Source: Dendrobates tinctorius (taxonomy: Eukaryota). From it: a stretch of 64,000 bases of DNA. Where the stretch lies: NCBI RefSeq assembly GCF_039654945.1, contig NW_027361716.1, positions 21,142,001 through 21,206,000 on the forward strand, in the 5' to 3' direction. The notes below the pieces were generated by a model, which was not told the DNA's origin, made no database searches, and saw nothing but the letters and a program-made list of their open reading frames with translations. Shown in pieces: positions 24,591 through 35,999 of the stretch (the stretch's first letter is position 1; the number at the start of each line of letters is the position of its first letter). The position numbers were made by a program, and so were the translations under genes.

Positions 24591-27500
24591 AGTCGCCTCC
24601 CCGCACGGCCTCCTGCATTGCTGTAGACCCGGCTGCGGAGGGTTCTGCAGCCTCCGCCGGGCTGAGCGACGCCGCTGTCCACGTCCCCGAGCCACCCCGC
24701 CCAGCGGCGCCACATCCGGTGTCGCCGGTGCGGGACAAGCCCGCGGCCAACGCTGCTGCGTTCCGCCTGCCAGCAACGGCCTATCCCCTGAAGCCGACCG
24801 CCACTCCGGCCCCATCCATGACTCCGTTTGCGGCCTGCCCCGCGGCCGCATCTGCGTCACCCCCGGGGTCGGCCACGGCCTGCTTGTCGGGCCCTGCGGT
24901 ATACCCCTCGGGAACCACGGCTGCCTCTGCCCACCACCCGGCCCCAGCGGCTGCTGGGTTGCCGGAAGCTGCGGCCGCATCTGCCCCGCTCTCAACCCTG
25001 GCCGTGTCCCACCCACTAGACTCCGGGGCCTACACCGGACCCTCCGTCTGGGTCATGGAGGTCATACGGAAGAAAAAGGCCAGGGAGCAGGAAGTTTGGA
25101 ACCTGCTCCATGAGAGAGGGGAGGCTGGCATGGCGGCTTCACGATCTATGGGGCGGCTCGTGTACACCAACTTGGAGAAGGGATAAGGGTTCATTCGGGA
25201 CCTCGCAACCAGCCAGAAGGTGCACATCAAGGTGACCTCCATCCGTCACGGCCGGGCATTGTGGGCGGGGAACCTGGTAGCGTACTACAATGAGTACTGT
25301 CCCCACGGCTACTACGCAGTAGCCGTAATCGCTGAACCCGAAGACCACGAGCCCTCATAAAAAGGACCCCTAGAGACACTCCCTGCATCCCGGGAGCTCT
25401 ACGGCTGTGAAGCCCCCTTACTACTGATGAGACATCGGCTGTCAGGCGATGGTCCGGACTGTCGGGATTTCGCTGCACCGTTGTGCAGGCCACGAGGACA
25501 GTTTTTCATCCAGGTTAAAAAGAATGTTTTTATTGTTTGATCTTTTTCTCCTGACATAGCGGGGATGTGGGGGAGAAGATACTAATGCTAAAGGGAGGGG
25601 GAGCATTTATATTCGGTTTTAAACAAAGATGTGGTGTTGTGAGAAAATGTTGTGTTAGGAAAAAACAAACAAAAAAAAGGGGGGGGATTACTCCGGTTAA
25701 GTAACTCCTATTGTTATTAAAGTAGTGGTAATTATATATACAGTATGTTAAGAGTTGATTTAATGAATAGTGTGTGTAACCAAAAAAAAAAATGTGTAAC
25801 AGGTCCCGGGTACGAGGTAGATGTAACGAAGACGCCGACCATGACTCTTTTAAGTGATGGACAAAGAGACGAGAGATATAGAACCAGACAGTGGTCCATC
25901 AGTCAGGTCCCCGACACCACGGACACCCCAAAAGGACGCCAATGATGACCCGGTAGGCAAAAGGCCTCGGTCATGGCGTCCCGGACAGCTGAAGGTAGTA
26001 GAAGGGGAGAGTAGTGGGAGGTACACGCCATAGAGTAGTTCGGGTGGACCTCGCCAACCTGAAAGAAGTTGTCACGTGGTATGCGCGCCAGCGAGTAGTA
26101 GTAGGCTGCTCGGAGCATGGTGGTCCCGTTTTGGTTCGGCCCCCGTGGGCGGCGGGTTTGGCCCAACGACCGGTCTGACAGCAGACTGTGGACAAGCTTT
26201 AGGATGACGTAGATAGGAAGTACGATTGTCGGGACGACAATGGACAAAGGAAGGGGGAGGGTGGGGAAGGTGACTTGATGGACAGACTTGACTGGAAGTA
26301 GGAGGGAATGGTTGGTGCACTATGGACGGAGATTGACAAGGACAGCAGGGTGATAGCTGGGAAAGACAGACAAGAGAGTGCAGTACCTAGAAATGACCAC
26401 AAGATGGCAGGGGGGAGTAGTTCAGGACTCAACAGCAGCTTAGGGCTTGAGAAACGCTTAGTCATGGGGGGCGGGGAGATAGGAACCCAGGAGGGGAATT
26501 CCCGGTGAGAGAGGGAATAAATAGGACTGGTTGGGGTTCCAGGCAGGCTAGTCCTGGGAGGAGCTTGGCAGAAGACGGAGAACAGCGAAGAGCTCGACCA
26601 GGGGACTGACAGGAAAGAGACAGTCAGGGGGGTGGCCCTTACCCGACGGACCGCAGGACAGACGAGGCCCTGGGGGTACCGATTGGACAACGACCTCGAG
26701 CAGGTGAAGCACTGGCGGTAGATTGGTCTAGGACAGCCCCAGCGAAAGATCCTCGAGGGACGTTGCTTCGACTGGAGGAAAGGTGCAGGTACCCAGGCCT
26801 GGAGACGGAGAACTGTAAAGAGGCTGCGGTGCGTGGTTGTGGTCGTCAGGAGGACGACGAATAAAATCCGGAACTGTTACAGCTGAACTCTGCCTCCGTC
26901 TTGTCCTTGCTTCGCCTGGTGTCTGTGTCGTCCAGACGTGGTAAGCAGTGGACCACCCCCCAATCCCGGCCCCCTACCACATTTGGCGTAGTCGGCAGGA
27001 TTGCCGCCGCTAATACGATATCTTCCGCGGCAGGCCAGCGCCAGGAGGACTCCAAAAGAACTGTTCAACTGTGGATTACAAATACCAGTGGATTACAAAA
27101 CTGCTCACCTGTGGATTATAATTTGGAGACTTGGTTCCGGTTCATCGTTTGTCATCAGAGGATCCGGGGTGGTACCAGAAGCCGATCAACATGGCTGTGG
27201 TACTCCAACGCCAGGAAGAGGCCCTGGCATTTGCAGTTATTTTGGACGGACTGGGGCAATCTCCAAGTTACCCCTGTGGGGAGCAGTGTATGTCTGGAGA
27301 CCACCGCCCCTCATACTGGACCCGGGAAGATGGGTGGAGAAGCCGACCATCGCTCCACCCAAGGGAGGGAGTGGCCCGGGTGGGAAGACCGGCTGCACTG
27401 TTTGGCGCCATTCGATTGCTGTACACCGGACGGGATGCGACGCTGCAGTTGCCGTGACCTCGGACGCCTGGAATGGAGGTGGCGTCAAGAGGTCGGATCT

Positions 27501-27690
27501 CGCTGGGAGACCTGCTTTCTGGAGCCACAGACAGCCCCCCGGACATCGGACGGACAGGAGGAGCGACCGCGGGCCCTGCGGGATCAGCCGCCGAAGACAT
27601 CACCTGGGAGCCTCCCTGCGGGACCCACGAGCCTGGTGACTGGCCCTGCTGGACGGCCGTGTGAAGATCGGAGGTTGCGGGAGGAGTCGC
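24591..27690 (+). mobile_element. Circularly permuted non-autonomous LTR retroelement (3' internal, PPT, single LTR 26260-26981, tRNA-Ser PBS, 5' internal)
   Basis: PPT aaaggaagggggag lies before the LTR and PBS TGGCGTAGTCGGCAGGAT (26984-27001) lies after the same LTR. AGTCGC occurs at both outer ends. No RT or integrase motifs. Confidence 0.85.
24593..25360 (+). pseudogene. C-terminal part of the LTR-element ORF with a cold-shock (OB-fold)-like domain; one in-frame TAA
   Basis: Ala/Pro-rich linker, then GRLVYTNLEKG*GFIRDLATSQKVHIKVTSIRHGRALWAGNLVAYYNEYCPHGYYAVAV, matching the CSD pattern G-x-V-x-x-N-x-x-KG[YF]GFI...V-x-V/I...L-x-x-G-x-x-V-x-Y...G-x-x-A-x-x-V. Confidence 0.65.
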
Positions 27691-30100
27691 GGGATGATGT
27701 GGAATATTAGGGGTAGTAGTCCGGTGGCTCTGGCTGACGGGATGATGTGGGATATTAGGGGTAGTAGTCCGGTAGCTCTGTCTGACGGGATGATGTGGGA
27801 TATTATAGTGAATGTGGCTATGCGGAGTGGGCGGGGCTATACACTTTGCTTTATATATAGATATACTCATTATAATTTGTTAGAACTAAGCGTAGTTACC
27901 GTATTTTTTGGACCATAAGATGCACTTTTTTCCCCAAAAATTTTTGGGGAAAGTGGGGGTGCGTCTGTGGCGCCCCCAGGAGTATGGTCGCCACAGTGGC
28001 ATTACCTTCCTCCTAGGGAGAGTGATGTCATGCCTGGAAGCAATGAAGGGTCTCTCTGGCAGTTAATCACTGCATGCAACACAGTTTCCACTCCGGGTCA
28101 ACAGAGGGAGCTCTGAACCCAGAAATGAGGGGGAGGAGCTGTCTCTGGGGGCCAGGAAGGAGTGAGTCAGTTAGTGTGAGGAGGGCGTCATGTGCAGACG
28201 TGGAGGAGAAGAGATGGGGAGACTGAGGAAAGTGGAGAGCTCAGTCCCAGTGATAGCGGATGATCTGGAGCCTGGTCTCCAAGGGTGTATGGATACTAAC
28301 GGTCCTGCAACAGAAACCAGAGGAATAGGAAGCTGTAAATGCCCTATTACCACATAATCCTCGGAGGCACAACAGCGACGGGTGAGCCAAGAGAGATAGA
28401 AGGCTACGGCTGTCTGCCATGCGAGTGGAGTGTGGATAACATCAGAAAGGAGGAACTCCAGTGTAACTCAGTACTGGGAGTACTTCATAGAGAGCGCTAG
28501 TAAAGAGACTGCACAACCCATCTGCCAGAGTGATTCCTGATTTTCTTCCAGGCTAACCAGCTCCTGTGCCATCTGTACTCAGGACCCTGGACTGCATTTG
28601 CCAAGTAAAGGTAAAGAAATTGCATCTATTGTGTCCTTGCCTTCATGCTGCAACCTCCCCGGCACTGCTACATCTCTATGCCTGACACTGCACCTTCCTT
28701 CCCAACACCCATCTACACTGCCCTGGGACAACAGCCCTGCCTGTGGAGGGTTATAACATCTTGGCTGCACCACACCATCTGTCCCAGCAGATCTGTCTGC
28801 AGCGTCGGCTTAACATCTTCATTGCCGAACACCACAGGTGGCGTCACGAATCATCTATTCATAAACTTTATTCCATCACTTCACTCCCTTACATGGATGC
28901 CCAGGGCCACGGACCGGGTCACCGCTACTGTGACACTTCCCTGTGAAATACCGGCCCGGTACCGAGTACCCCACTGCCCTGGCGGGCGATCCATTTTGGC
29001 GTCACGAACAGGATTTACGGAGCCCGGTGTCCCCGGGTCTTGTGTGCCAGAGACTGTGCTGTGTGCTATGGACTATTTGTGAAAGTGCCACCATTATCCT
29101 GCTGCTTGGCGCGCGCGGGAAACAAAAGAGTCGGGCCGTTGTGGGCGGAGCCAGCCGAAGAGCACGAAGAAGTGAAGTGCCGCGCGGGAAGAAGTGACCT
29201 CGCGTGAGAGGTGGCAGAAGCTGAGGCCTGCAGCCGGTAAGCCTGCTCAACCCCGGGGCCTGGCTAATGTTAACTGGGGGGAGAGAATGTCAGAGGCATG
29301 CGCCGATGCAGTGGCGGATGCCCCCGCCAACCCCTCAGCGCCGCAAGATGCAGGGCCCAACGCGGCTGCGGCTCCAATAGCACCCACCGCAGCGGTCCCC
29401 ATAATGCCGCTGTCTGTGCCTTACATACCGGGAGCAGCATGGCTACCGCAGTATTCATGGGAGTCACATACCCTGAGTGACTTCAAAGAGAGACTGTGCA
29501 GTTTGTTTGAAGTCTATCCTCTGTCTGAAGGCCAGAAAGTGAACATCCTTAATGGGCAGCTAACAGGTGCAGCACAGAGGGAAGTAAAAGCCTGGCAGGA
29601 CACTGATAAAGAGACTGTTACAAAGATTCTGGCCAAGCTAAGAAGCACCTTTGACACTCGCCCTGCAGCTGAGATCAAGATGAGATTCTTTGGGTGTAAG
29701 CAGAAAGCCCAGGACAGTATACGGGACTATGCTCTTAACCTGCAGGAGGCGCTGCGAGCCGTCAAGCAGATTTACCCAGACAGTGTGAAAGATGGAGACG
29801 GACTGTTAAAGGAACAGTTTATTGAAGGACTCTTATTCAGCACCCACAGAGCACAGCTGCGCATCATAGCCCTACAGAACCCTGATCTGGACTTTGCTGA
29901 TTTCAAAGACAGGGCTATCCGGGTGCTGCATGAACCAAATGTCAGCCATCCAGCGCCCCCTAGGCGCCCAGCGATTACATACCACCAGGAAGCAACATCT
30001 TTCCCTTCCATCCCTGTGGAGGCTGATGCACAGACTCTGGACAAAGATCCATCTGCAGAACTGCGTCTTCAGGTCCAGGAGTTGACCAATGGTATGGCTG

Positions 30101-31351
30101 TGGGTCGCCCTCCCAGGGCTGTGGGGTATTCGGTACCGGGCCGGTGTCAGTGGGATGTGTCACAGTGGCGGTGACCCGGACCGTGGCCCTGGGCGCCCAA
30201 GTAATAGAAAGATGTGAGTTAAATGAATAGTTTGTGACGCCACCTGTGGTGTTCGGCAAGGGAGGTGTTAAGGTGTTAAGCCGACGCTGCATGCAGATCC
30301 TCCGGGACAGATGGTGTGGTGCAGCAATGATGGTATAGCCCTCCACAGGCAGGGCTGTAGTCCCAGGGCAGTGTAGATATGGAGACACTTAGGTGATGTA
30401 GTGTCTGGCGCAGGGGATGTAGCAGTGTCAGGCAGACGCAGGAAGGAATGGAGGACACCAGGGTATGTAGTTCCAAAGCTTTACTCACAGTCTGTAGTGC
30501 CCGCTTCTGTGCCGTGTCCTCCGGGTCAGGGACTCAGTCAACCCCCAGGCAAGATGGAAAGATCCCTTCCACACTCTGCCAACTTATGTACCTTTCCTGA
30601 ACGTCTCCTCTATAGCGCCTTTAAGTGTGAAGATCTCCAGTACCGTGTTACACTGGAGTTGCTCCTGACAGATGTTCCCAAGAACTCTACTTGCACGGCA
30701 GACAGCTGTAGCCTGCTTCGGGGACTCTCTACTCCTAAGTCCCGGCTCTCTATCCGTATTGCTGTTGTGCCCTCAAGTCTTAGATGGGAGTAGTGAATTT
30801 ACAGCCCACTACTCCCCGGCCTTGCTCTTAGAACATCTAGGCAAGGTTCTTCCTCTAACCCACGTCCTCTGTGTTCCCTTTTACTCCTACGTTCCGTACT
30901 TGTCCTTTTCCCTTCTATGGAAGCTCAGGCTTCAGGTCAACGTCCTTCTCCTTCTTTCCTTTCCCGTGCCAGCTGGCTCAGGTCACTGAGGCAGCTGCAG
31001 CACTCCTTCCTTCATCCCTTCTTCCAGGGATCCCCACTCCTCCCGAGTGGCTTCCTTCCTCACTGACCTCCTGTCAGACTGACCTGTCATCCTAAACCAT
31101 CCCGCTCATATATATACTCTGAACTCCACCCACCTCCCAGCACGTCTAGTGTTCCAAGCAGGGAACCACCAAAGGTGCTCTGCCTCTCTCTAAGTAAAGA
31201 GCCGCAATGTGGTTATGCTGAACTACTCTATTGTGTGGAGTGCGAGTGTTGGAGCGTGGTCAGGAGCCTCCAACTTACCTGGATGGTGGGGCACCACACC
31301 TTAGGAGAAGGTGCAGTACCTCTGTGGCGACTGAGCCTCAGGGGCGCCACA
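30101..31351 (-). mobile_element. Solo LTR in antisense orientation, related to the host 5' LTR; 4-bp TSD GCTG
   Basis: Reverse complement starts TGTGGCGCCCC and ends GGGCGACCCA; GCTG at 30097-30100 and 31352-31355; removing it restores gag (GMAALAK). Confidence 0.92.
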
Positions 31352-31554
31352 GCTGCACTTGCTAAAACCGTGCAGTCCCTGCAGGTATCCTCCAAGGAGA
31401 AGATCCAGCTCACCTCCAGTCCAGAAGATGTATTGTGGCTAAAGAAGAAGAGGATCCCGCCACTCCGAGGATGGAACAACGATCGCTATGACCAGGTTGG
31501 ACGTCCCATCTGTCGTCACTGCCACAAGGCAGGCCACATCGCTAGATTCTGTTA

Positions 31555-31600
31555 TTTAAACGAGCAACCCCTGGGGCAGAGGGCCAACCCCCAGGAGTAG
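31555..31600 (+). other. -1 ribosomal frameshift signal (slippery T TTA AAC plus hairpin)
   Basis: TTTAAAC at 31555-31561 is in gag phase, followed by a cctgggg...ccccagg stem; pol lies in the -1 frame. Confidence 0.75.
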
Positions 31601-31659
31601 GACCACAAGGCCCAAAGAACTGGTGAGCCAAGTATGTTTGAGGGAGACCAGTCCTCCCA

Positions 31660-34459
31660 GTGGTGATTGATGGTATCCCCATGAACGCTTTGCTGGACAC
31701 TGGCTCCCAGGTGACAACTATGCCCTATATCCTTTACAAGCATTATTGGGCTGATTCTGAACTTACTCGCGGCCCAAGTGATGAACTCACAGTAGTTGCC
31801 AGTAATGGTCAGTCTTTACCGCAAGTGGGATGTAAAGAAATTACTGTTAAAGTGGGTCGAGTAGAGTTAAAATCTCAAGGTCTGATAGTTGTGAATATTG
31901 ATCAACGAGAATGTAACCCAATGATGACTCTTGGTACCAATGTGATTGAAAATTGTCTTTCTGAGGTTATTGTCTTGTTGCAACAGGTGGCTGAGACTGC
32001 TGGTTCCAGTGACCAACGAGTCAGGGCCCTGATGCAAAGACAGCAGGTAGAACTCTCTGGCGGAGAAATTGGCAGCGTCAGAGTGAGTGATTCTTTCCCA
32101 ATTGCAATACCCCCCAGATGTGAAATGTTGATTTGGTGTCGGGCAGCCATAGTCCTCAGAGGGAAACATTACCAGGCAATGGTAGAACCAGTGTATTCTG
32201 ATAGCAGGCCCACTGTCCTGACAGCCAGGGGGGTAGTTGATGTCCATAAAGGGAGGGTACCTGTACGCCTCTTGAATTGTGGGGAGGAGGTCACAATACC
32301 TTGGTATGCCACAGTTGCTAAGCTGCTTACTGTCAGTAACAATGCAATACAGGCAGCAGAGCCCTTGGTCTCATCTGACCAGGTGGAGGACAATGGCTCT
32401 GTAAAGCAGCAGGAGGAGAGGTGTCAGCAGCTGCATGTGGGAACTGACTCCACCTCTTCATACCAAAAGAGTGGGGTTTACTGGGTGACCCAGGAGTATG
32501 AGCGGGTATTCAGTAAACACCCTCTAGACTTTGGGAAGGCAAAAGGGGTTCAACACCATATCCCCACTGGAGACCATCCACCCATAAAAGAAAGGTACCG
32601 GCCTATACCCCCAGCACAATACCAGTGTGCTAAAAGTATGTTGTGGGAAATGAAGGAAGCTGGGGTGATCAGAGACAGTTGTAGCCCCTGGGCAGCTCCA
32701 AAAGTATTTGGGAAAAAAAAGATGGTACCATGAGAATGTGTGTTGATTACAGAAAAATTAACAGCATTACACATAAGGATGCCTACCTATTAACCAGAAT
32801 TGAAGAGTCATTAGCCGCACTTAAAACTGCTAACTATTTTTCCACCTTAGATCTCACTAGTGGGTATTGGCAGGTTCCCGTGGCAGAGGCAGACAAGGAG
32901 AAAACAGCGTTTACCACCCCAATGGGTCTCTGTGAGTTCAACTACATGCCATTCGGGCTCTGCACCGCTCCAGGGACATTCCAATGGCTGATGGAGTGCT
33001 GTCTGGGACACAAGAACTTCGAGACAGTCCTGTTGTACCTTGATGATGTCATTGCTTTTTCCAAGACTTATGAAGACCATCTGAAACACCTGGCTGAGGT
33101 GTTTGAAGCCTTGTCCAACTTTGGCCTGAAGGTGAAGCCTTCCAAATGCCACCTCCTGAAGCCCAAGGTTCAGTACCTCGGTCATGTAGTGAGTGCAGAA
33201 GGTGTGGCACCGGATCCTGACAAGGTCACTGTCATCCGGGACTGGCAGAAGCCCAGCAACCTCCATGAGTTACGTGAATTCCTCGGGCTGGTAGGCTACT
33301 AATGAAGGTTCATCAAAGGCTTTACTGAGATAGCCACTCCTATGCAAAATCTTCTGGTGGGTCAGCCCAAGAAGGCCAGAAAGCAGAGTCCTGCATTCGA
33401 ATGGAATGAGGAGCTGGAGAGGTCCTTCACTCGACTGAAGATGGCTCTCACAGGAGATGAAGTTCTGGCCTACCCAGATTATGACCAACCCTTTGTGTTG
33501 TATACTGATGCCAGCAACGTGGGACTTGGAGCAGTACTGTCACAGGTACAGAATGGCAAAGAAAGAGTGATCTCCTATGCCAGCAGGAAGCTGCGTCCCA
33601 CTGAAAGGAACCCTGACAACTACAGTTCCTTCAAGCTGGAGTTCCTCGCCATAGTCTGGACTGTGACTGAACGATTCAAGCATTACCTAGCTTCACCCAA
33701 GTTTACCATCTTCACGGATAATAACCCGTTGGCTCACTTGGACACAGCAAAGCTAGGTGCACTGGAGCAACGATGGATGGCTCGGCTGTCTAACTATGAA
33801 TTTACCATCAAGTACCGAGCGGGGCACAAGAATTCCAATGCTGATGCGCTGTCCAGAATGCCCAATCTGCCAGATGCAGGAGAAGACCCTGAGGCACTTG
33901 AAGAAATAGAGCTACCTGCCTTCCACCGGCCAATTGCGGCCCAACGTGCCCAAGGAGTGAGGAACAGATGGTCTATCCTGAAAGAGCATACCCTCAATCC
34001 ATTGCCTCATCATGACTGAGCAGAATCCCAGGATAGTGACCCTGCAGTCCGCCTGGTAAAGGAGCTGCTGTCACAAGCCTACTCACGCCCGGATTCAGAT
34101 GCTCCTGAAGAAACCCAGCAGTTGTGGAAGGAAAGAGGCAGACTTTTCATCTATGAAGGAAAGCTGTGTCGGAGGAGTATCAATGCAGCACTCATGAGTT
34201 GGTCTGGCAGGTGGTAGTCCCAAAGAGAAAGGCATCGATGGTCCTGGAAGCATACCACAATGGAGCTGGACACTTCGGATGGAAGAAGTTAGAGGCCTTG
34301 CTTCGGGAGAGATTCTATTGGGCTGGTATGAGGAAGGCTATTGAAAATTGGTGCCGGGAGTGTGGACAATGTAATCTGCACAGAAAGAACCGTAACAGCC
34401 AGCGAGCTCCTTTGCAGCCAATAATAATCAAGCAACCCCTTGAGTTGGTCGCCCTGAAC
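31660..34459 (+). pseudogene. Gypsy pol (PR, RT, RNase H, integrase zinc-finger region), disrupted
   Basis: ALLDTGSQVTT; RMCVDYRKIN; LDLTSGYWQ; LYLDDV; LYTDASNVGLGAVLSQ; YHNGAGHFG..CRECGQC. Confidence 0.95.
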
Positions 34460-35200
34460 TGTTATGAATGTGTCACCGAGGAGGAAAAGCAAAAACAAGC
34501 TAAGCCCCAGAAAACCAGAGAGGTAGGTAACTAAGCGGATTGCAGACCCCTGATCCTATCCAAACAACTAGCAGTAGCCGTGGAGCGTACTTACGATGAT
34601 CCTAGATGCCTCGTCACAGCCAGAGAACTAAATAAGCCTAAAGAAAGAAAAGGGGAAATCTAAACTGCCCAGAGCAGAACCCAAAGCAATAGACAGCCCC
34701 CAAACATGTATTGTCGGTGAGACAAGATGAAAACACAAACACAGATAGAAAAATAGGCTGAGCAAACGATGGGGCCCACACTAACTAGAAAGGAAAGGAA
34801 AGATGCTGTCTGCAATCACGCACAAAACCCTGCCAAAAAATACCAAGACTTTCTGATAACAAAAACCCTGAGGTCGCTAGACTTCAATTCCCTATATCAG
34901 CACTCTGGTATATTCTGAAGACAGAGCAAAAAGAGACCAATCTGATCAGGGACAAAAGCAAACTGGCATAAACAGAGACATAAAAGTGGAAATTCAGCAC
35001 AGCCCCAGCAGGGGCTGGCTGACCACAAAAACTGAGTAAACCAGACCAAATCTCATGTGAAAAAATAGCAGAGCACACTTAGCTTGAGAAGGCAGGAACA
35101 GAACTGGAAACCAGAACCTCAGGGCAGGAAAAAATCACCAGCACAAAATTAGGGAGTCGGCTGTCTTAAATCCAGTCAGAGACTCCTGATGTCCAATCAC
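34460..35200 (-). mobile_element. Chromovirus-type LTR fragment truncating the Gypsy integrase
   Basis: Begins TGTTATGAA at 34460; clearly similar to 8254-8600 (cacagcc..taagcctaaaga..ggtgagacaagatga..gatggggccca). Right boundary uncertain. Confidence 0.7.
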
Positions 35201-35369
35201 AGTCCTCGTCCTCAGGTGGCAGGTCTCTGCCATTTAGATCAGCTTCATTACCTGCTGTCACCACCAGGAACATGGACGCCGGGAAGATGGACGCCGGTCC
35301 GGGGACGGCGTATGCTCAGGTTCAGATCTCGTCCCGAGATCTCGTTGCCAAGATTTGAATCTTGTCTCC

Positions 35370-35750
35370 CGCCAGCTGCCCCAGCACAGCCCACCTGCCC
35401 CAGCCCAGCACAGCTTCCACAGCCCAGCTTCCCCAGCACAGCCCAGCTGCCCCAGCACAGCCCACCTGCCCCGGCACAGCCCACCTGCCCCAGCACAGCC
35501 CAGTTGCCCCAGCACAGCCCACCTGCCCCAGCACAGCCCAGTTGCCCCAGCACAACCCAGATGTCCCAGCCCAGCTGCCCCAGCACAGCCCAGCTGCCCC
35601 ATCACAGCCCAGTTGCCCCAGCACAGCCCATCTGCCCCAGCACAGCCCAGCTGCCCCAGCACAGCCCAGCCCAGCTGCCCCAGCACAGCCCAGCTGCCCA
35701 GCACAACCAACCTGCCCCAGCACAGCCCACCTGCCCCAGCACAGAGCTGC
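35370..35750. repeat. 19-bp minisatellite
   Basis: Unit ccccagcacagcccacctg. Confidence 0.9.
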
Positions 35751-35999
35751 CGCCACCGCACCAGCCTGGACCACTAAATGACCCCTGTGACCACTCCTCC
35801 ACATGTGCCGGATCTCTTCCCAGGTAAGCTGAATTCGGACTGTAAGACGGCCCTCCATTTGACACATTATTATTTTTTCCCTATTTTCCTTCTGAAAATT
35901 TGGGGTGCGTCTTATGGTCCGGTGAGTCTTATAGTCCGAAAAATACGGTAGTTACTATGCCCGGGCAGCGCCGGGCTCTTCATCTAGTATATATGTAAA

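Larger units (their letters stand above)
24140..27861 (-). mobile_element. Non-autonomous Helitron-like element (5' end at 27861) with internal ~70-bp and 48-bp tandem repeats; hosts the permuted LTR element
   Basis: Minus-strand A|TCTATATATAAAG start like the Helitron at 37340; 48-bp units at 24465-24594 and 27691-27803; ~70-bp units at 24145-24460; 3' end not found. Confidence 0.5.
29287..31600 (+). pseudogene. gag (capsid-like domain plus CCHC zinc knuckle) interrupted by a solo LTR
   Basis: ORF 29287-30100 (...QKAQDSIRDYALNLQEAL..LKEQFIEGL) resumes at 31352 as AALAKTVQSLQ...CRHCHKAGHIARFC. Confidence 0.9.
27966..34459 (+). mobile_element. Ty3/Gypsy LTR retrotransposon, 3'-truncated: 5' LTR 27966-28993, tRNA-Ser PBS, gag, pol
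   Basis: LTR TGTGGCGCCC...GGGCGATCCA; PBS TGGCGTCACGAACAGGAT (28997-29014); gag and pol as listed below; broken in the integrase at PLELVAL. Confidence 0.93.
27899..35948. mobile_element. Tc2/pogo-like non-autonomous DNA transposon split by nested LTR elements
   Basis: TIRs CCGTATTTTTTGGACCATAAGA / TCTTATAGTCCGAAAAATACGG with TA on both sides (27897-27898, 35949-35950). Confidence 0.8.

Noticed and set aside
29287-30100. Domesticated PNMA-like host gene
   Set aside because: It sits between an LTR/PBS and pol and is interrupted by a solo LTR, so it is ordinary retrotransposon gag.
35189-35867. Pro/Gln-rich cornifin-like ORFs
   Set aside because: Artefact of the 19-bp minisatellite inside a DNA transposon.
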